Shown: positions 30,235 through 39,304, counted from the stretch's first letter. The stretch: DNA of 64,000 nucleotides from Treponemataceae bacterium (GCA_963678065.2 CAXXVZ010000003.1:320001-384000), one strand, 5' to 3'. Notes: generated by a model not told the origin, from the letters alone. Numbers and translations: made by a program.

Positions 30235-31410
30235 ATGAAGAGACTGAATCGAATTGCTGTCCTCGCGGTATCGGTGGCCTGTGCGCTGTCGATTTTTTCC
30301 ACCAACCTGTACGCGGCCGATACGAAGCCGAAATCCCAGGCGGCCTGGATAGCCAAGGCCGCCCTCGACGCTCCGGACACTCAGGAACAGCTCTACGAGG
30401 CGGCGAAGAAAGAAGGCAAGGTCGTCATCTATTCGATGTCGAGCCGGATCAAGAACGTGAAGAGCGCCTTCGAGAAAAAATATCCCGGCGTCATCGTCGA
30501 GGCCTACGACATGCGCAATACCGAGATTTTCGAGAAGGTCGAACGCGAACATTCGGCCGGGATTTACAACGCGGACGTGATTTTCGCCAAGGATTCCGAC
30601 GGCACCATGGCCAACAATTTCTTCAAGGCGGGCGTCGTCTTCAGCTACGTCCCGAAGGACATAGGCGCGAAAGTCGATTCAGAGTTCAAAACTCCCGGAT
30701 TCGCCACCTACATCGAGATGAAGCTCGTCTTCTACAACACCGAGGTCTGGCAGAAGGCGCCCATCGACAGCTGGTGGGATCTCACCCGTCCCGAGTGGAA
30801 GGGCAAGATCATGCTCACCAACCCCATGGCAGCGATCGAGACCCTCGGGCTGTTCTGCAGCTTCGTGATGCACGCCGACGAGATGGCCGCCTCATACAAA
30901 CAGGAATTCGGCGAGGCGATCAAGCTTTCCCCTGGAGTCGAGAACGCGGGCTATGAGTTCATCAAACGTTTCGCGGCCAACGACCTCGTCCTCACGAACT
31001 CCGACCAGGAAGTCGTCGACGCACTCGGCGCGCCGGGACAGAAGAATCCTCCGATCGGAATCGCCACGTCGAGCAAGGTCAGGGACAAGAGCAAGGGGCT
31101 CAAGCTCGGGATCATCACGAGCCTCAAGCCCAGGACCAGCACCAAGAATCCGGCCTACCTCAACATCGTCGGCGACGCGCCCCATGTAAACGCCGCCAAG
31201 CTCCTCATCAGATTCATGGCAGGCGACGCGGACGGGAAGGGCGCGGGCTTCGAACCTTTCAATGTCGAGGGCGGCTGGCCGACCCGCAGCGACGCGCCCC
31301 ATTTCAACAATGTGCCGCTCTCCGCGATGAGCCTCTGGAACGAGGACTCCGATTACAATTTCTACAATTCGGAGGCGGTCACGTCCTTCTGGCTCTCCCT
31401 CAAGAAATGA
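30235..31410 (+). CDS. ABC substrate-binding protein (Fe3+/thiamine/phosphate-ester class)
   Basis: Signal peptide; LYEAAKKEGKVVIYS, SWWDLTRPEWKGKI, APHVNAAKLLIRF. Confidence 0.87.
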   Translation: MKRLNRIAVLAVSVACALSIFSTNLYAADTKPKSQAAWIAKAALDAPDTQEQLYEAAKKEGKVVIYSMSSRIKNVKSAFEKKYPGVIVEAYDMRNTEIFEKVEREHSAGIYNADVIFAKDSDGTMANNFFKAGVVFSYVPKDIGAKVDSEFKTPGFATYIEMKLVFYNTEVWQKAPIDSWWDLTRPEWKGKIMLTNPMAAIETLGLFCSFVMHADEMAASYKQEFGEAIKLSPGVENAGYEFIKRFAANDLVLTNSDQEVVDALGAPGQKNPPIGIATSSKVRDKSKGLKLGIITSLKPRTSTKNPAYLNIVGDAPHVNAAKLLIRFMAGDADGKGAGFEPFNVEGGWPTRSDAPHFNNVPLSAMSLWNEDSDYNFYNSEAVTSFWLSLKK

Positions 31411-31472
31411 CCACGAGATAATCCCGCCCGACGGGACGTCGGGAAACCGGGGTCTTCGACATTCTGCCGAAA

Positions 31473-31520
31473 CCCGCTTCATCCACTCCGTTCGCTTCCG
31501 GAGGGGGTGGATGAAGCGGG
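31473..31520 (+). other. Intercistronic stem-loop abutting the HAD ribosome-binding site
   Basis: CCCGCTTCATCCAC (31473-31486)/GTGGATGAAGCGGG (31507-31520), 14-bp perfect arms. Confidence 0.6.
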
Positions 31521-31533
31521 GAAGGAATCACCG

Positions 31534-32211
31534 ATGATCAACGCGATCGCATTCGACGGAAACGGAGTCCTGTACTACCGCGACCGCGATTTCGTCCTTT
31601 CGCTCATGGAGTACATTCGCGACCGCCACGTACCCGATTTTGACGCACAGGCCGGTGCGACGGTTTTCAATGACTTTATGCGCCACTCCTTCGGTGGCGG
31701 CATCGAGAAGAAGGAAGTTGTCGGGCTCTTTCTGGATGCATCCCGCATCGCCGATCCGGAGATGCGCGCCGACATAACTCAGAAGGAAGTCGAGTATTCG
31801 CGCCGGATCTGTCTTTTCCCGACCGAGAAGGAGACCCTCCTCGAGCTCTCACGCCGGGGATTCCGCCTCGGCATGATCACTAATTCCTTCCAGCCGGCGG
31901 CTGAAAAGGCTTCCTGGTTCCGCGTTCTCGGACTCGACTGTATCGCCGATGCGATCGTCTCTTCTATCGACGTGGGCTCTTCCAAGCCGAATCCGGGGAT
32001 CTATCTCGCGTTCGCGAAGAGGATCGGCCTGTGTCCTGGATCCATCGCCTTTGTGGGCCACGAGGCTTTCGAGCTCGAGGGGGCCCGAGCCGTCGGTATG
32101 CTGCCGGTCTCCTTCAGCTGCGCTCCCGAAATTCGTGAAAAGTACCACCTCAGGGTTTTTTCTGATCTTCTCGACCTGTTTCCGGTTCCCGGACCGATTC
32201 CAGGACGCTAA
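31534..32211 (+). CDS. HAD family hydrolase (motif I DGNG)
   Basis: IAFDGNGVL, LGMITNS, SKPNPGIY, FVGHEAFELEGA. Start ATG 31534 after GGAAGGA. Confidence 0.8.
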   Translation: MINAIAFDGNGVLYYRDRDFVLSLMEYIRDRHVPDFDAQAGATVFNDFMRHSFGGGIEKKEVVGLFLDASRIADPEMRADITQKEVEYSRRICLFPTEKETLLELSRRGFRLGMITNSFQPAAEKASWFRVLGLDCIADAIVSSIDVGSSKPNPGIYLAFAKRIGLCPGSIAFVGHEAFELEGARAVGMLPVSFSCAPEIREKYHLRVFSDLLDLFPVPGPIPGR

Positions 32212-32217
32212 ATAAGG

Positions 32218-33102
32218 ATGGATACCGTGAAATACGACATTGCCTGCATCGGTCACATCACGAGCGACCTGCGGAACATGATGGGCGAAAAGACGCCCTT
32301 TGTCGGCGGGGCGGCATTTTTTTCCCCCTGCGCCGCCGCCCGCTCGGGAGCCCGCGTCTTTGTCCTCACCAAGATGGCCGACCGCGATGCCTCCACAATC
32401 GCCCCCCTGCGCGAGGCAGGCGTCGATGTCCGCGTCCTTTCTTCTCCCGCAACCACGTCCATAGAGAACATTTTCCTGACATCCGACCCGGACAGGAGGA
32501 CCCTGAAGCTGCTCAGCCTCGCGCAGCCTTTCTCCGATGCCGATCTCTCCTTCCTCCCCGATGCCGAGGTCTACCACATGGCGAGCCTCTTCCGCACGGA
32601 GTTGCCTGACTGTCTCATTCCGGTACTCGCCGCGAAGGGATCCCTCGCCCTCGATGTCCAGGCCGTTCTGCGCTATTTTGCCGACGGCGATGTGCGCTTC
32701 GAACAGTGGGCGGAGCGCACAACCTATATGCCCTATGTGCGGTACCTGAAAGCCGACAGCCATGAGATCATCGTCATGACGGGCAGCGGAGACCGGGAAG
32801 CCGCCGCGCGGATTTTTTATGGCATGGGTGCACGGGAAATCGTCATCACAAGACAGGATGAGGCCATCGCCTACGATGGGACCCGCTTCTGCAGGGCGCC
32901 CTTCGATCCTGAATCCCTCGTGGGCAGGGCGGGGAGGGGCGACAGTTGCTTCCTCGCCTACATCGCGTGGAGGAAAAACCACGACATCGACGAGGCGATC
33001 CATTACGCCACTGCGCTCACGAGCATCAAAATGGAGAAGGCGGGACCCTTTTCGGGAAGCGTCGACGAGGTGCTCTCCCGGATGAGAGACCAAGCTTATT
33101 GA
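32218..33102 (+). CDS. Ribokinase/PfkB family kinase, TM0415-like (probable PPi-dependent inositol kinase) #2
   Basis: IGH, SPATTSIEN...SDPDRR, LDVQAVLR, YLKADSHE, RAPF...LVGRAGRGDSC and TSIKME. Confidence 0.8.
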   Translation: MDTVKYDIACIGHITSDLRNMMGEKTPFVGGAAFFSPCAAARSGARVFVLTKMADRDASTIAPLREAGVDVRVLSSPATTSIENIFLTSDPDRRTLKLLSLAQPFSDADLSFLPDAEVYHMASLFRTELPDCLIPVLAAKGSLALDVQAVLRYFADGDVRFEQWAERTTYMPYVRYLKADSHEIIVMTGSGDREAAARIFYGMGAREIVITRQDEAIAYDGTRFCRAPFDPESLVGRAGRGDSCFLAYIAWRKNHDIDEAIHYATALTSIKMEKAGPFSGSVDEVLSRMRDQAY

Positions 33103-33296
33103 TGAACAACTACCGCACCTCCACGTTCCGCTGCCGCCACGCCGGGGCCGAGGTCTGCGACTATGGCGCGGCTGCGCAGGCTGCAGGGCTCTCCGAGCTG
33201 GGATTCAGCGACCATGAATCCTGGCCGGACGGGCGCTGGCCCGGGAACCGTATGGACATGGTCGACCTGCCTACCTAGCTGGATGCCCTGGGATGA
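33102..33296 (+). pseudogene. Truncated PHP-family (HisJ-like) phosphatase remnant
   Basis: From ATG 33102: MNNYRTSTFRCRHAGAEVCDYGAAAQAAGLSELGFSDHESWPDGRWPGNRMDMVDLPT*. Resembles the PHP N-terminus (NYHTHT.RC.HA...GL.ELGFSDH), but HTH has decayed to RTS, there is a TAG at 33276-33278 and the rest of the gene is missing. Confidence 0.7.
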
Positions 33297-33482
33297 AAAT
33301 GCCTCTGCCTGCGCTCGCGACATCCTCTCGATCTCTGCACACCGGGCCTCAGACACGGCCGCCAATCTTCCCGATGACCGGAGTATCGCGGGTCTTCGGC
33401 GTCAGGCTTGTGGAAGGACTTCCGCAGGCGCTTCGTTTACTAAATATTATTTAGTTTACATCGTAAATAATACAAAAAGAAT

Positions 33483-33548
33483 TTGACAGATTCAAAAAGT
33501 GGCCTGACAATGATTCTGTTCTGGAAACGTTTTCAGAAAACGATTCCA
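33483..33548 (+). promoter_or_regulatory. Promoter and tandem LacI-type operators of inositol operon A
   Basis: TTGACA (33483-33488)-N17-GACAAT (33506-33511); CTGGAAACGTTTTCAG (33521-33536) plus an overlapping inverted variant AGAAAACGATTCCA (33535-33548). Confidence 0.75.
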
Positions 33549-33640
33549 TCATCTTTATCAGAAGGTTGAAAAAGCAAAACGGATTTTTCAACGCCAATAA
33601 AGTGCTACGCCAAAACGTGTTCGCGTGAAAGGATAGGTGT

Positions 33641-34657
33641 ATGGGCGGAAAACTCAGAATCGGGATCGTCGGCCTCGGCCGCCTCGGGAAACGACATGCC
33701 TCCAATCTGGCCTGGAAGGTCAAGGGAGCCGAACTCGCCGCCGCCTGCTCGGTCGTTCCTGAGGAACTGGAGTGGGCCAAATCGGAACTCGGCATCGCCG
33801 AGGTCTACGACAGCTATGAAGAAATGTTTGCAAAAGCGCATATCGATGCCGTCTATCTCGTCAGCTCATCCTCAGTTCATGCGGCGCAGATCGTCCAGGG
33901 CCTGGAGAGAGGCCTCCATGTCTTCAGCGAAAAACCCATGGGCGTGAACCTCGCCGAGTGTCTCGCCGTGGAAAAGGCTGTCGCCGCTCATCCCGGTCAG
34001 ACGTTTTTCATCGGATTCGTCCGCCGCTTTGATCCGAGCTACGTATACGCGAAAAAAATGATCGACGAAGGAGCCATCGGGAAGTCCTTCCTCGTGCGCT
34101 CCCAGACAGCCGATCTCGACGAGTACGCTCCCTTCCAGGTCAAGTTCGTTCCGACTTCGGGCGGCATCTTCCTCGACATGAACGTACACGACATCGATCT
34201 CGCCCGCTGGTTCCTGGGCGACGAGGTGGCAAGCGTCTACGCGGTAGGCGGCAGCTATGTCCACCCGGAGTTCGCCGACGTGAACGACGCCGACAACACC
34301 GAGGCGATCATGAAATTCCGGAACGGAACAGTGGCCGTCCTCGCGGTCAGCAGGACGGCTTTCCACGGCCACGACACCCACACCGAGATCAAGGGCAGCA
34401 AAGGCATCATCAAGATCGGCCTGACGCCCGCAAAAAACCGCGTCGAACTCTTCGATTCGTGCGGCGCCCGTTCCGAGTGCGTGAAGGATTTCTACGAGCG
34501 CTTCGCCGAGGGCTTTCTGGCGGAAGCCCAGGAGTTCGTCGACTGCGCCCTCTCGGGACGGAAACCCAGCGTCTGCGCGGCGGACGGGACCCGTGCGACA
34601 GAAGTCGGCTTCGCCCTCACCGAGTCCTTCCGGACAGGCTCGGTCATAACACTGTGA
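33641..34657 (+). CDS. Gfo/Idh/MocA oxidoreductase, inositol dehydrogenase-like
   Basis: GIVGLGRLG, HVFSEKP, GFVRRFDP, SGGIFLDMNVHDID. Confidence 0.88.
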   Translation: MGGKLRIGIVGLGRLGKRHASNLAWKVKGAELAAACSVVPEELEWAKSELGIAEVYDSYEEMFAKAHIDAVYLVSSSSVHAAQIVQGLERGLHVFSEKPMGVNLAECLAVEKAVAAHPGQTFFIGFVRRFDPSYVYAKKMIDEGAIGKSFLVRSQTADLDEYAPFQVKFVPTSGGIFLDMNVHDIDLARWFLGDEVASVYAVGGSYVHPEFADVNDADNTEAIMKFRNGTVAVLAVSRTAFHGHDTHTEIKGSKGIIKIGLTPAKNRVELFDSCGARSECVKDFYERFAEGFLAEAQEFVDCALSGRKPSVCAADGTRATEVGFALTESFRTGSVITL

Positions 34658-34701
34658 ATCGCGGCTCTGAGCCGTGATAGAGTTATTTCATGGAGGCTTC
34701 T

Positions 34702-35625
34702 ATGAACATGAAGAGAGGAATCCTGGTGCTCATGGCCCTTCTGGCCCTGACAGGAATGGCCTTCGGCCAGCAGATGAAGGTAGGCGTCACCCTCTACGAC
34801 CGCGACCAGTTCATCAGCTATCTCGAGCAGGCGATCCTTGATGCCGCCAAGGTGACTCCCGGCGTCACCGTCGATTCACAGGATGCCAAGCAGGACGTAA
34901 ACCAGCAGATCGCCCAGGTCGACGTCTTCGCGACCAAGAAGTACAACGCCATCATCGTCAACCTGATCAACACCGACACCGTCGAGACCATCATCAGCCG
35001 CGCCTCCGGCATTCCCGTCATCTTCGTCAACCGCCGCCCCCGCGACGCGGTGATCGACGGCGTGAAGACCGCCTATGTCGGATCCCAGGAATTCGATGCC
35101 GGCCGCATGCAGGGCGAATACCTCGCCAAATTCTTCAAGGGAAAGACCGAGATCAAGTACGTCCTCTTCATGGGACAGCTCGGCCTCGAGAACACCAACG
35201 AGAGAACCCGCGGCGTCAAGGAGACCCTGACCAAGGCTGGATTCAAGCTCACCAAGGTCTACGAGGACACCGCAGAGTGGGACCGCTTCAAGGCTATGAA
35301 TCAGATGCAGCAGCTCCTCGGCACCATGAAGCCCTTCGACGTCGTCATCTGCAACAACGACGAAATGGCCCTCGGCGTCATCGAAGCCATGAAATCCGCC
35401 AAGATGGACCTCAAGAAGATCCCGGTCGTCGGAATCGACGCCACGCCCGCCGCCAAAGAAGCCGTCAAGAAAGGCGAGATGTCCATGACCGTGTTCCAGA
35501 ACGCGAAAGCCCAGGGCGCCGTCGCCCTCGAGTTCGCCCTCAAGGCAGCCAAAGGCCAGAAGATCGAGAAGTTCGGCTGGGTTCCCTTCGAGCCCGTCAC
35601 CATCGAAAACGTAGCCAAGTACTGA
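34702..35625 (+). CDS. Sugar (probably inositol) ABC substrate-binding protein, RbsB/MglB class
   Basis: Signal peptide; DAKQDVNQQIAQVD, IPVIFVNRRP, NNDEMALG, VVGIDAT, TVFQNAKAQG. Start ATG 34702 after GGAGG. Confidence 0.9.
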   Translation: MNMKRGILVLMALLALTGMAFGQQMKVGVTLYDRDQFISYLEQAILDAAKVTPGVTVDSQDAKQDVNQQIAQVDVFATKKYNAIIVNLINTDTVETIISRASGIPVIFVNRRPRDAVIDGVKTAYVGSQEFDAGRMQGEYLAKFFKGKTEIKYVLFMGQLGLENTNERTRGVKETLTKAGFKLTKVYEDTAEWDRFKAMNQMQQLLGTMKPFDVVICNNDEMALGVIEAMKSAKMDLKKIPVVGIDATPAAKEAVKKGEMSMTVFQNAKAQGAVALEFALKAAKGQKIEKFGWVPFEPVTIENVAKY

Positions 35626-35638
35626 TCATCCATCTGCA

Positions 35639-35678
35639 TACAGGGAGCCGTCATTCCGAAACGTGACGGCTCCCTGTA
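35639..35678 (+). other. Intercistronic stem-loop after the SBP gene
   Basis: 15-bp perfect arms TACAGGGAGCCGTCA/TGACGGCTCCCTGTA; no U tract. Confidence 0.6.
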
Positions 35679-35738
35679 CGGATACTGCCGCGCGGCCCTG
35701 CGGCTGCGCGGACCTGCGTCATGCGGGTCGGGGGAGAC

Positions 35739-37250
35739 ATGGACGAATACATTCTCAGCATGAAAAACATTGTCCGGACATTCCCGGGCGTAAAGGCGCT
35801 GAACGGTGTCGATTTCAACCTGAAACGCGGCACGGTCCACGCTCTCATGGGAGAAAACGGGGCCGGCAAATCGACGCTCATGAAGTGCCTCGTGGGCATA
35901 AACCCGCCCGATTCCGGTGAAATCATCCTCAAGGGGAAAGCCGTCAGCATCCCGACGACTATAACCGCTCTCAGGCTCGGAATCGCGATGATCTACCAGG
36001 AACTGAATCCCATCGCCGAGCGGAGCGTGATGGAGAACATATGGCTCGGCCGCGAGCCCATGCATGGTCTGGGGCACATCTTCGTGGACCACAAAGCCAT
36101 GTACAAAAAGACGAAAGAACTCCTCGCCAATCTCGAACTCGACCTCGATCCCAGAGTCAAGCTCAAGGAACTCTCCGTCGCCAAAATGCAGATGGTCGAA
36201 ATAGCCAAGGCTGTCTCCTACGACGCGGATATACTCATCATGGACGAACCGACATCGGCGCTCACACCCAACGAGGTAGACCACCTGTTCAGCCTCATCG
36301 CGAGGGTCAAAGCCAAGGGCGTCGCAGTCGTCTACATCACGCATAAAATGGACGAAATATTCCGCATCTCCGACGAGGTCACGGTTCTCAGGGACGGCTC
36401 CCATGTCCTGACCAAGCCGGTGGCGGAAATGAACATAGATTCCCTCATCGCCGCCATGGTCGGGCGGAACCTGGACGAGATGTTCCCCAAGGTCGAGTGT
36501 CCGATAGGCGGAGTGAAGTTCGAAGTGAAAGGTCTCTCATGCCCCGGCGTCCTCGAGAATGTGTCTTTTACGCTCCGGAAAGGAGAGATACTCGGCGTGG
36601 CCGGTCTCGTGGGTGCGGGGAGGACAGAGCTCATGGAGGCGCTCTTCGGCCTGCGCCAGAAGAGTTCGGGAGAAATCTTCATCGACGGGAAACCTGTGAA
36701 GATCGATAACCCCTCCGATGCCATACGGGCGAAGATCGGCTTCCTGACCGAAGACCGCAGACAGACGGGAATAATCCCCGTCCTCTCGGTGCGGGTGAAC
36801 ACCATTCTCGCGAACCTGGGTTGTTATATACAAGGCGGACTTTTCCTCAACAACCGCAAGATCGAAAGGGATGCGGTCGAGTACAAAGACAAACTCAGGA
36901 TAAAGACGCCCAACCTCGACGCTCTCATCCAGAATCTTTCGGGCGGCAATCAGCAGAAAGTCCTCGTAGCCCGCTGGCTCCTCACCCAGCCCGACATCCT
37001 CATCCTGGATGAGCCGACCCGGGGCATCGACGTGGGAGCGAAGGCGGAAATACACACGATCATCACCAAGCTCGCCGCTGAGGGTAAATCGATCATAATG
37101 GTCAGTTCGGAGCTGCCGGAAGTGCTCGGCATGAGCGACCGGATAGTGGTCGTCTGTCAGGGCAGAATCACCGGGATAGTGGACCGTAAAGACGCCAATC
37201 AGGAAATCATCATGCGCTACGCCACCAAACAAGCGCAGAACGTCGCATAA
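35739..37250 (+). CDS. Sugar ABC ATP-binding protein (MglA/RbsA type, duplicated NBD)
   Basis: GENGAGKST, MDEPTSAL, LSGGNQQK, LDEPTRGIDVGAK. Confidence 0.93.
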   Translation: MDEYILSMKNIVRTFPGVKALNGVDFNLKRGTVHALMGENGAGKSTLMKCLVGINPPDSGEIILKGKAVSIPTTITALRLGIAMIYQELNPIAERSVMENIWLGREPMHGLGHIFVDHKAMYKKTKELLANLELDLDPRVKLKELSVAKMQMVEIAKAVSYDADILIMDEPTSALTPNEVDHLFSLIARVKAKGVAVVYITHKMDEIFRISDEVTVLRDGSHVLTKPVAEMNIDSLIAAMVGRNLDEMFPKVECPIGGVKFEVKGLSCPGVLENVSFTLRKGEILGVAGLVGAGRTELMEALFGLRQKSSGEIFIDGKPVKIDNPSDAIRAKIGFLTEDRRQTGIIPVLSVRVNTILANLGCYIQGGLFLNNRKIERDAVEYKDKLRIKTPNLDALIQNLSGGNQQKVLVARWLLTQPDILILDEPTRGIDVGAKAEIHTIITKLAAEGKSIIMVSSELPEVLGMSDRIVVVCQGRITGIVDRKDANQEIIMRYATKQAQNVA

Positions 37251-37263
37251 AGGGGAAGGAACC

Positions 37264-38247
37264 ATGGCCAATTCAGGATCGTTAACAAAATTCGTCAACA
37301 AATTCGCCATCTTCATCGTTTTGGGATTGATGGTCATCGCCCTTACCTTCCTCTCTCCTTACTTCCTGACCCCGGGTAACCTTATAAACGTCCTCATCTC
37401 CGAGTCGGGGCGGGGGATGCTCGCGATCGGAGTCGCCTTCACGATCATCTCGAAGGGCATCGACATCTCCGTCGGCTCCATCGTTTCGCTGACCTCCGTC
37501 ATCGCCGCCAGCCTCATCCAGGAGCCGACTTACGCCAACAGGATATTCCCGAACCTGCCCCTGCTTCCCGTCTTCGTGCCGGTTCTGGCCGGCATCGCCG
37601 CCGGCGTACTCGTTGGCGCAGTGAACGGCTGGTTCATCGCCTACACCGCCATTCCGCCCTTCATCGCGACCCTGGGCAGCATGATAATCGCCCGCGGCCT
37701 CGCCCTCATCATCACGAACGCCTACCCGGTCCCGATGCTCAGGCAGGAGTTCAAGAACCTCGGTCAGGGCAACATCGGCCCGCTTCCGATCATAGTCCTC
37801 GTCTTCATACTGGTCACGATTCTCGCCTGGGTCCTCCTCAACAAGACCCGTTTCGGCAAAAACCTCTACGCCATCGGCGGCAATATCCACGCCGCCCGGA
37901 CTTCGGGAATCAAGGTCGAGAAGAACATCGTGGCCATCTATGCCTTCTCGGGATTCTGCGCCGCCATCGCCGGCGTCCTCATCACGGCCCGCGCCGCATC
38001 GGGCATCGCCACCCTCGGCAACAGCTACGAGCTCGACGCCATTGCCGCCGCCACAATCGGCGGAACGAGCCACACGGGAGGCATCGGCTCGGTCCCGGGA
38101 ATTGTCGCCGGCATCCTCATCCTCGGAATACTCAACAATGGACTCCTCCTGCTCGGGATATCTCCCTATCTCCAGCAGGTCATCAAGGGACTCATCATCA
38201 TCTTTGCGGTAGTCTTCGACATGCGCAAGAACGCCAAGAAGAAATAA
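37264..38247 (+). CDS. Sugar ABC permease (RbsC/MglC type)
   Basis: GIDISVGS, IPPFIATLG, TRFGKNLYAIGGN, YELDAIAA. Confidence 0.93.
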   Translation: MANSGSLTKFVNKFAIFIVLGLMVIALTFLSPYFLTPGNLINVLISESGRGMLAIGVAFTIISKGIDISVGSIVSLTSVIAASLIQEPTYANRIFPNLPLLPVFVPVLAGIAAGVLVGAVNGWFIAYTAIPPFIATLGSMIIARGLALIITNAYPVPMLRQEFKNLGQGNIGPLPIIVLVFILVTILAWVLLNKTRFGKNLYAIGGNIHAARTSGIKVEKNIVAIYAFSGFCAAIAGVLITARAASGIATLGNSYELDAIAAATIGGTSHTGGIGSVPGIVAGILILGILNNGLLLLGISPYLQQVIKGLIIIFAVVFDMRKNAKKK

Positions 38248-38378
38248 GCCAGATATACGACACTTCCGGCCTACGCCGGCCGAAAGTCCGGAACCGGGTC
38301 GGAATCCAAAAGTATGCGATCGCGCGACCGACCGATATGCACAGCGATCACTGCCTTCGTGGCAGAAAGGAAAATGCC

Positions 38379-39215
38379 TTGATAACGAAAAAACGCTTCG
38401 CGCTCAACAGGATCATCTCGCCGGGAATGTCCCTTGAGGAATTCTTCCGGTTCACATCCGGCCTGGGACTTTCGAAGGTCGAATTGCGGAACGATATCAA
38501 TGACGGCAGAATCCTCGACGGGATGGACCCTGCCGAAGCCGCCCGCATGGCCTCCGAGAAGAACATACGCGTCATATCCATCAATGCCCTCCAGAAATTC
38601 AACCTCGCGGCGGTCCGAGCAAAGGCGCGGGACGAACTCATGCAGATGCTCGACATCGCGGCGGCGATCACCTGCCCTGCCATCGTGCTCTGTCCGAACA
38701 ACGACCCTTCCGACGCGCGCTCTCCTGAACAGCGCTTCGCCGAAACCGTCGAGTCGCTCGCGGTATTCGGTCCATTCTTCGAAAAAGCGGGAATTCTTGG
38801 CTACATCGAGCCGCTGGGATTCGGCATTTCCTCCCTCGCGTCCCTGATTCCCGCCCGGGATGCCATAAAGGAATCGGGATTCGGCTGCTACAAAGTTCTC
38901 GTCGACACATTCCATCATTACATCGGACCCGATTCCTCCGATATTCTTGGAGCGGATTATCCAGTCGGACTGACAGGTCTCGTCCATATCTCCGGCGTCG
39001 AATCCGATATTCCCCCTTCGGACTACCGCGACGCCCACCGGATACTCGTCGGCCCTTCGGACAGAATGCACAGCAAGAAAACAATGGAAGCTCTCGACCG
39101 GCAAGGCTACGTTGGCGATTACTCATTCGAACCCTTCGCCGCCGAAATTCAAGCCCTTTCCGGCCAAGCTCTTGCCTCCGCGATCAGGGATAGCCTCGAA
39201 TACCTGACCAGCTGA
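38379..39215 (+). CDS. TIM-barrel sugar isomerase, IolI-like (inosose isomerase)
   Basis: RFALNRIISP, VELRND, SINAL, YIEPLGF, VDTFHH, VHISG and SFEPF metal-binding pattern. Probable TTG start at 38379 after GAAAGG. Confidence 0.75.
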   Translation: MITKKRFALNRIISPGMSLEEFFRFTSGLGLSKVELRNDINDGRILDGMDPAEAARMASEKNIRVISINALQKFNLAAVRAKARDELMQMLDIAAAITCPAIVLCPNNDPSDARSPEQRFAETVESLAVFGPFFEKAGILGYIEPLGFGISSLASLIPARDAIKESGFGCYKVLVDTFHHYIGPDSSDILGADYPVGLTGLVHISGVESDIPPSDYRDAHRILVGPSDRMHSKKTMEALDRQGYVGDYSFEPFAAEIQALSGQALASAIRDSLEYLTS

Positions 39216-39304
39216 GCGGCCTCGACTTTACGGCGCTCCTGACTCGATCGAATCGTTCGGGCACAGATAGGGCTGATCGGTTTGCCCGCCGGATGTCGTG
39301 AGAG

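Noticed and set aside
20320..31410. Literal annotation of the two FbpABC-class systems as iron transporters
   Set aside because: The context is RpiR/LacI regulators, kinases and phosphatases, with no iron-related genes; the family also transports phosphate esters. The substrate remains unproven.
24271..33102. Either PfkB kinase as the missing IolC
   Set aside because: Both carry the TM0415-type RxGRGD motif and inositol-kinase-like N-terminal motifs rather than the GAGD motif of ATP-dependent IolC. Not excluded experimentally.
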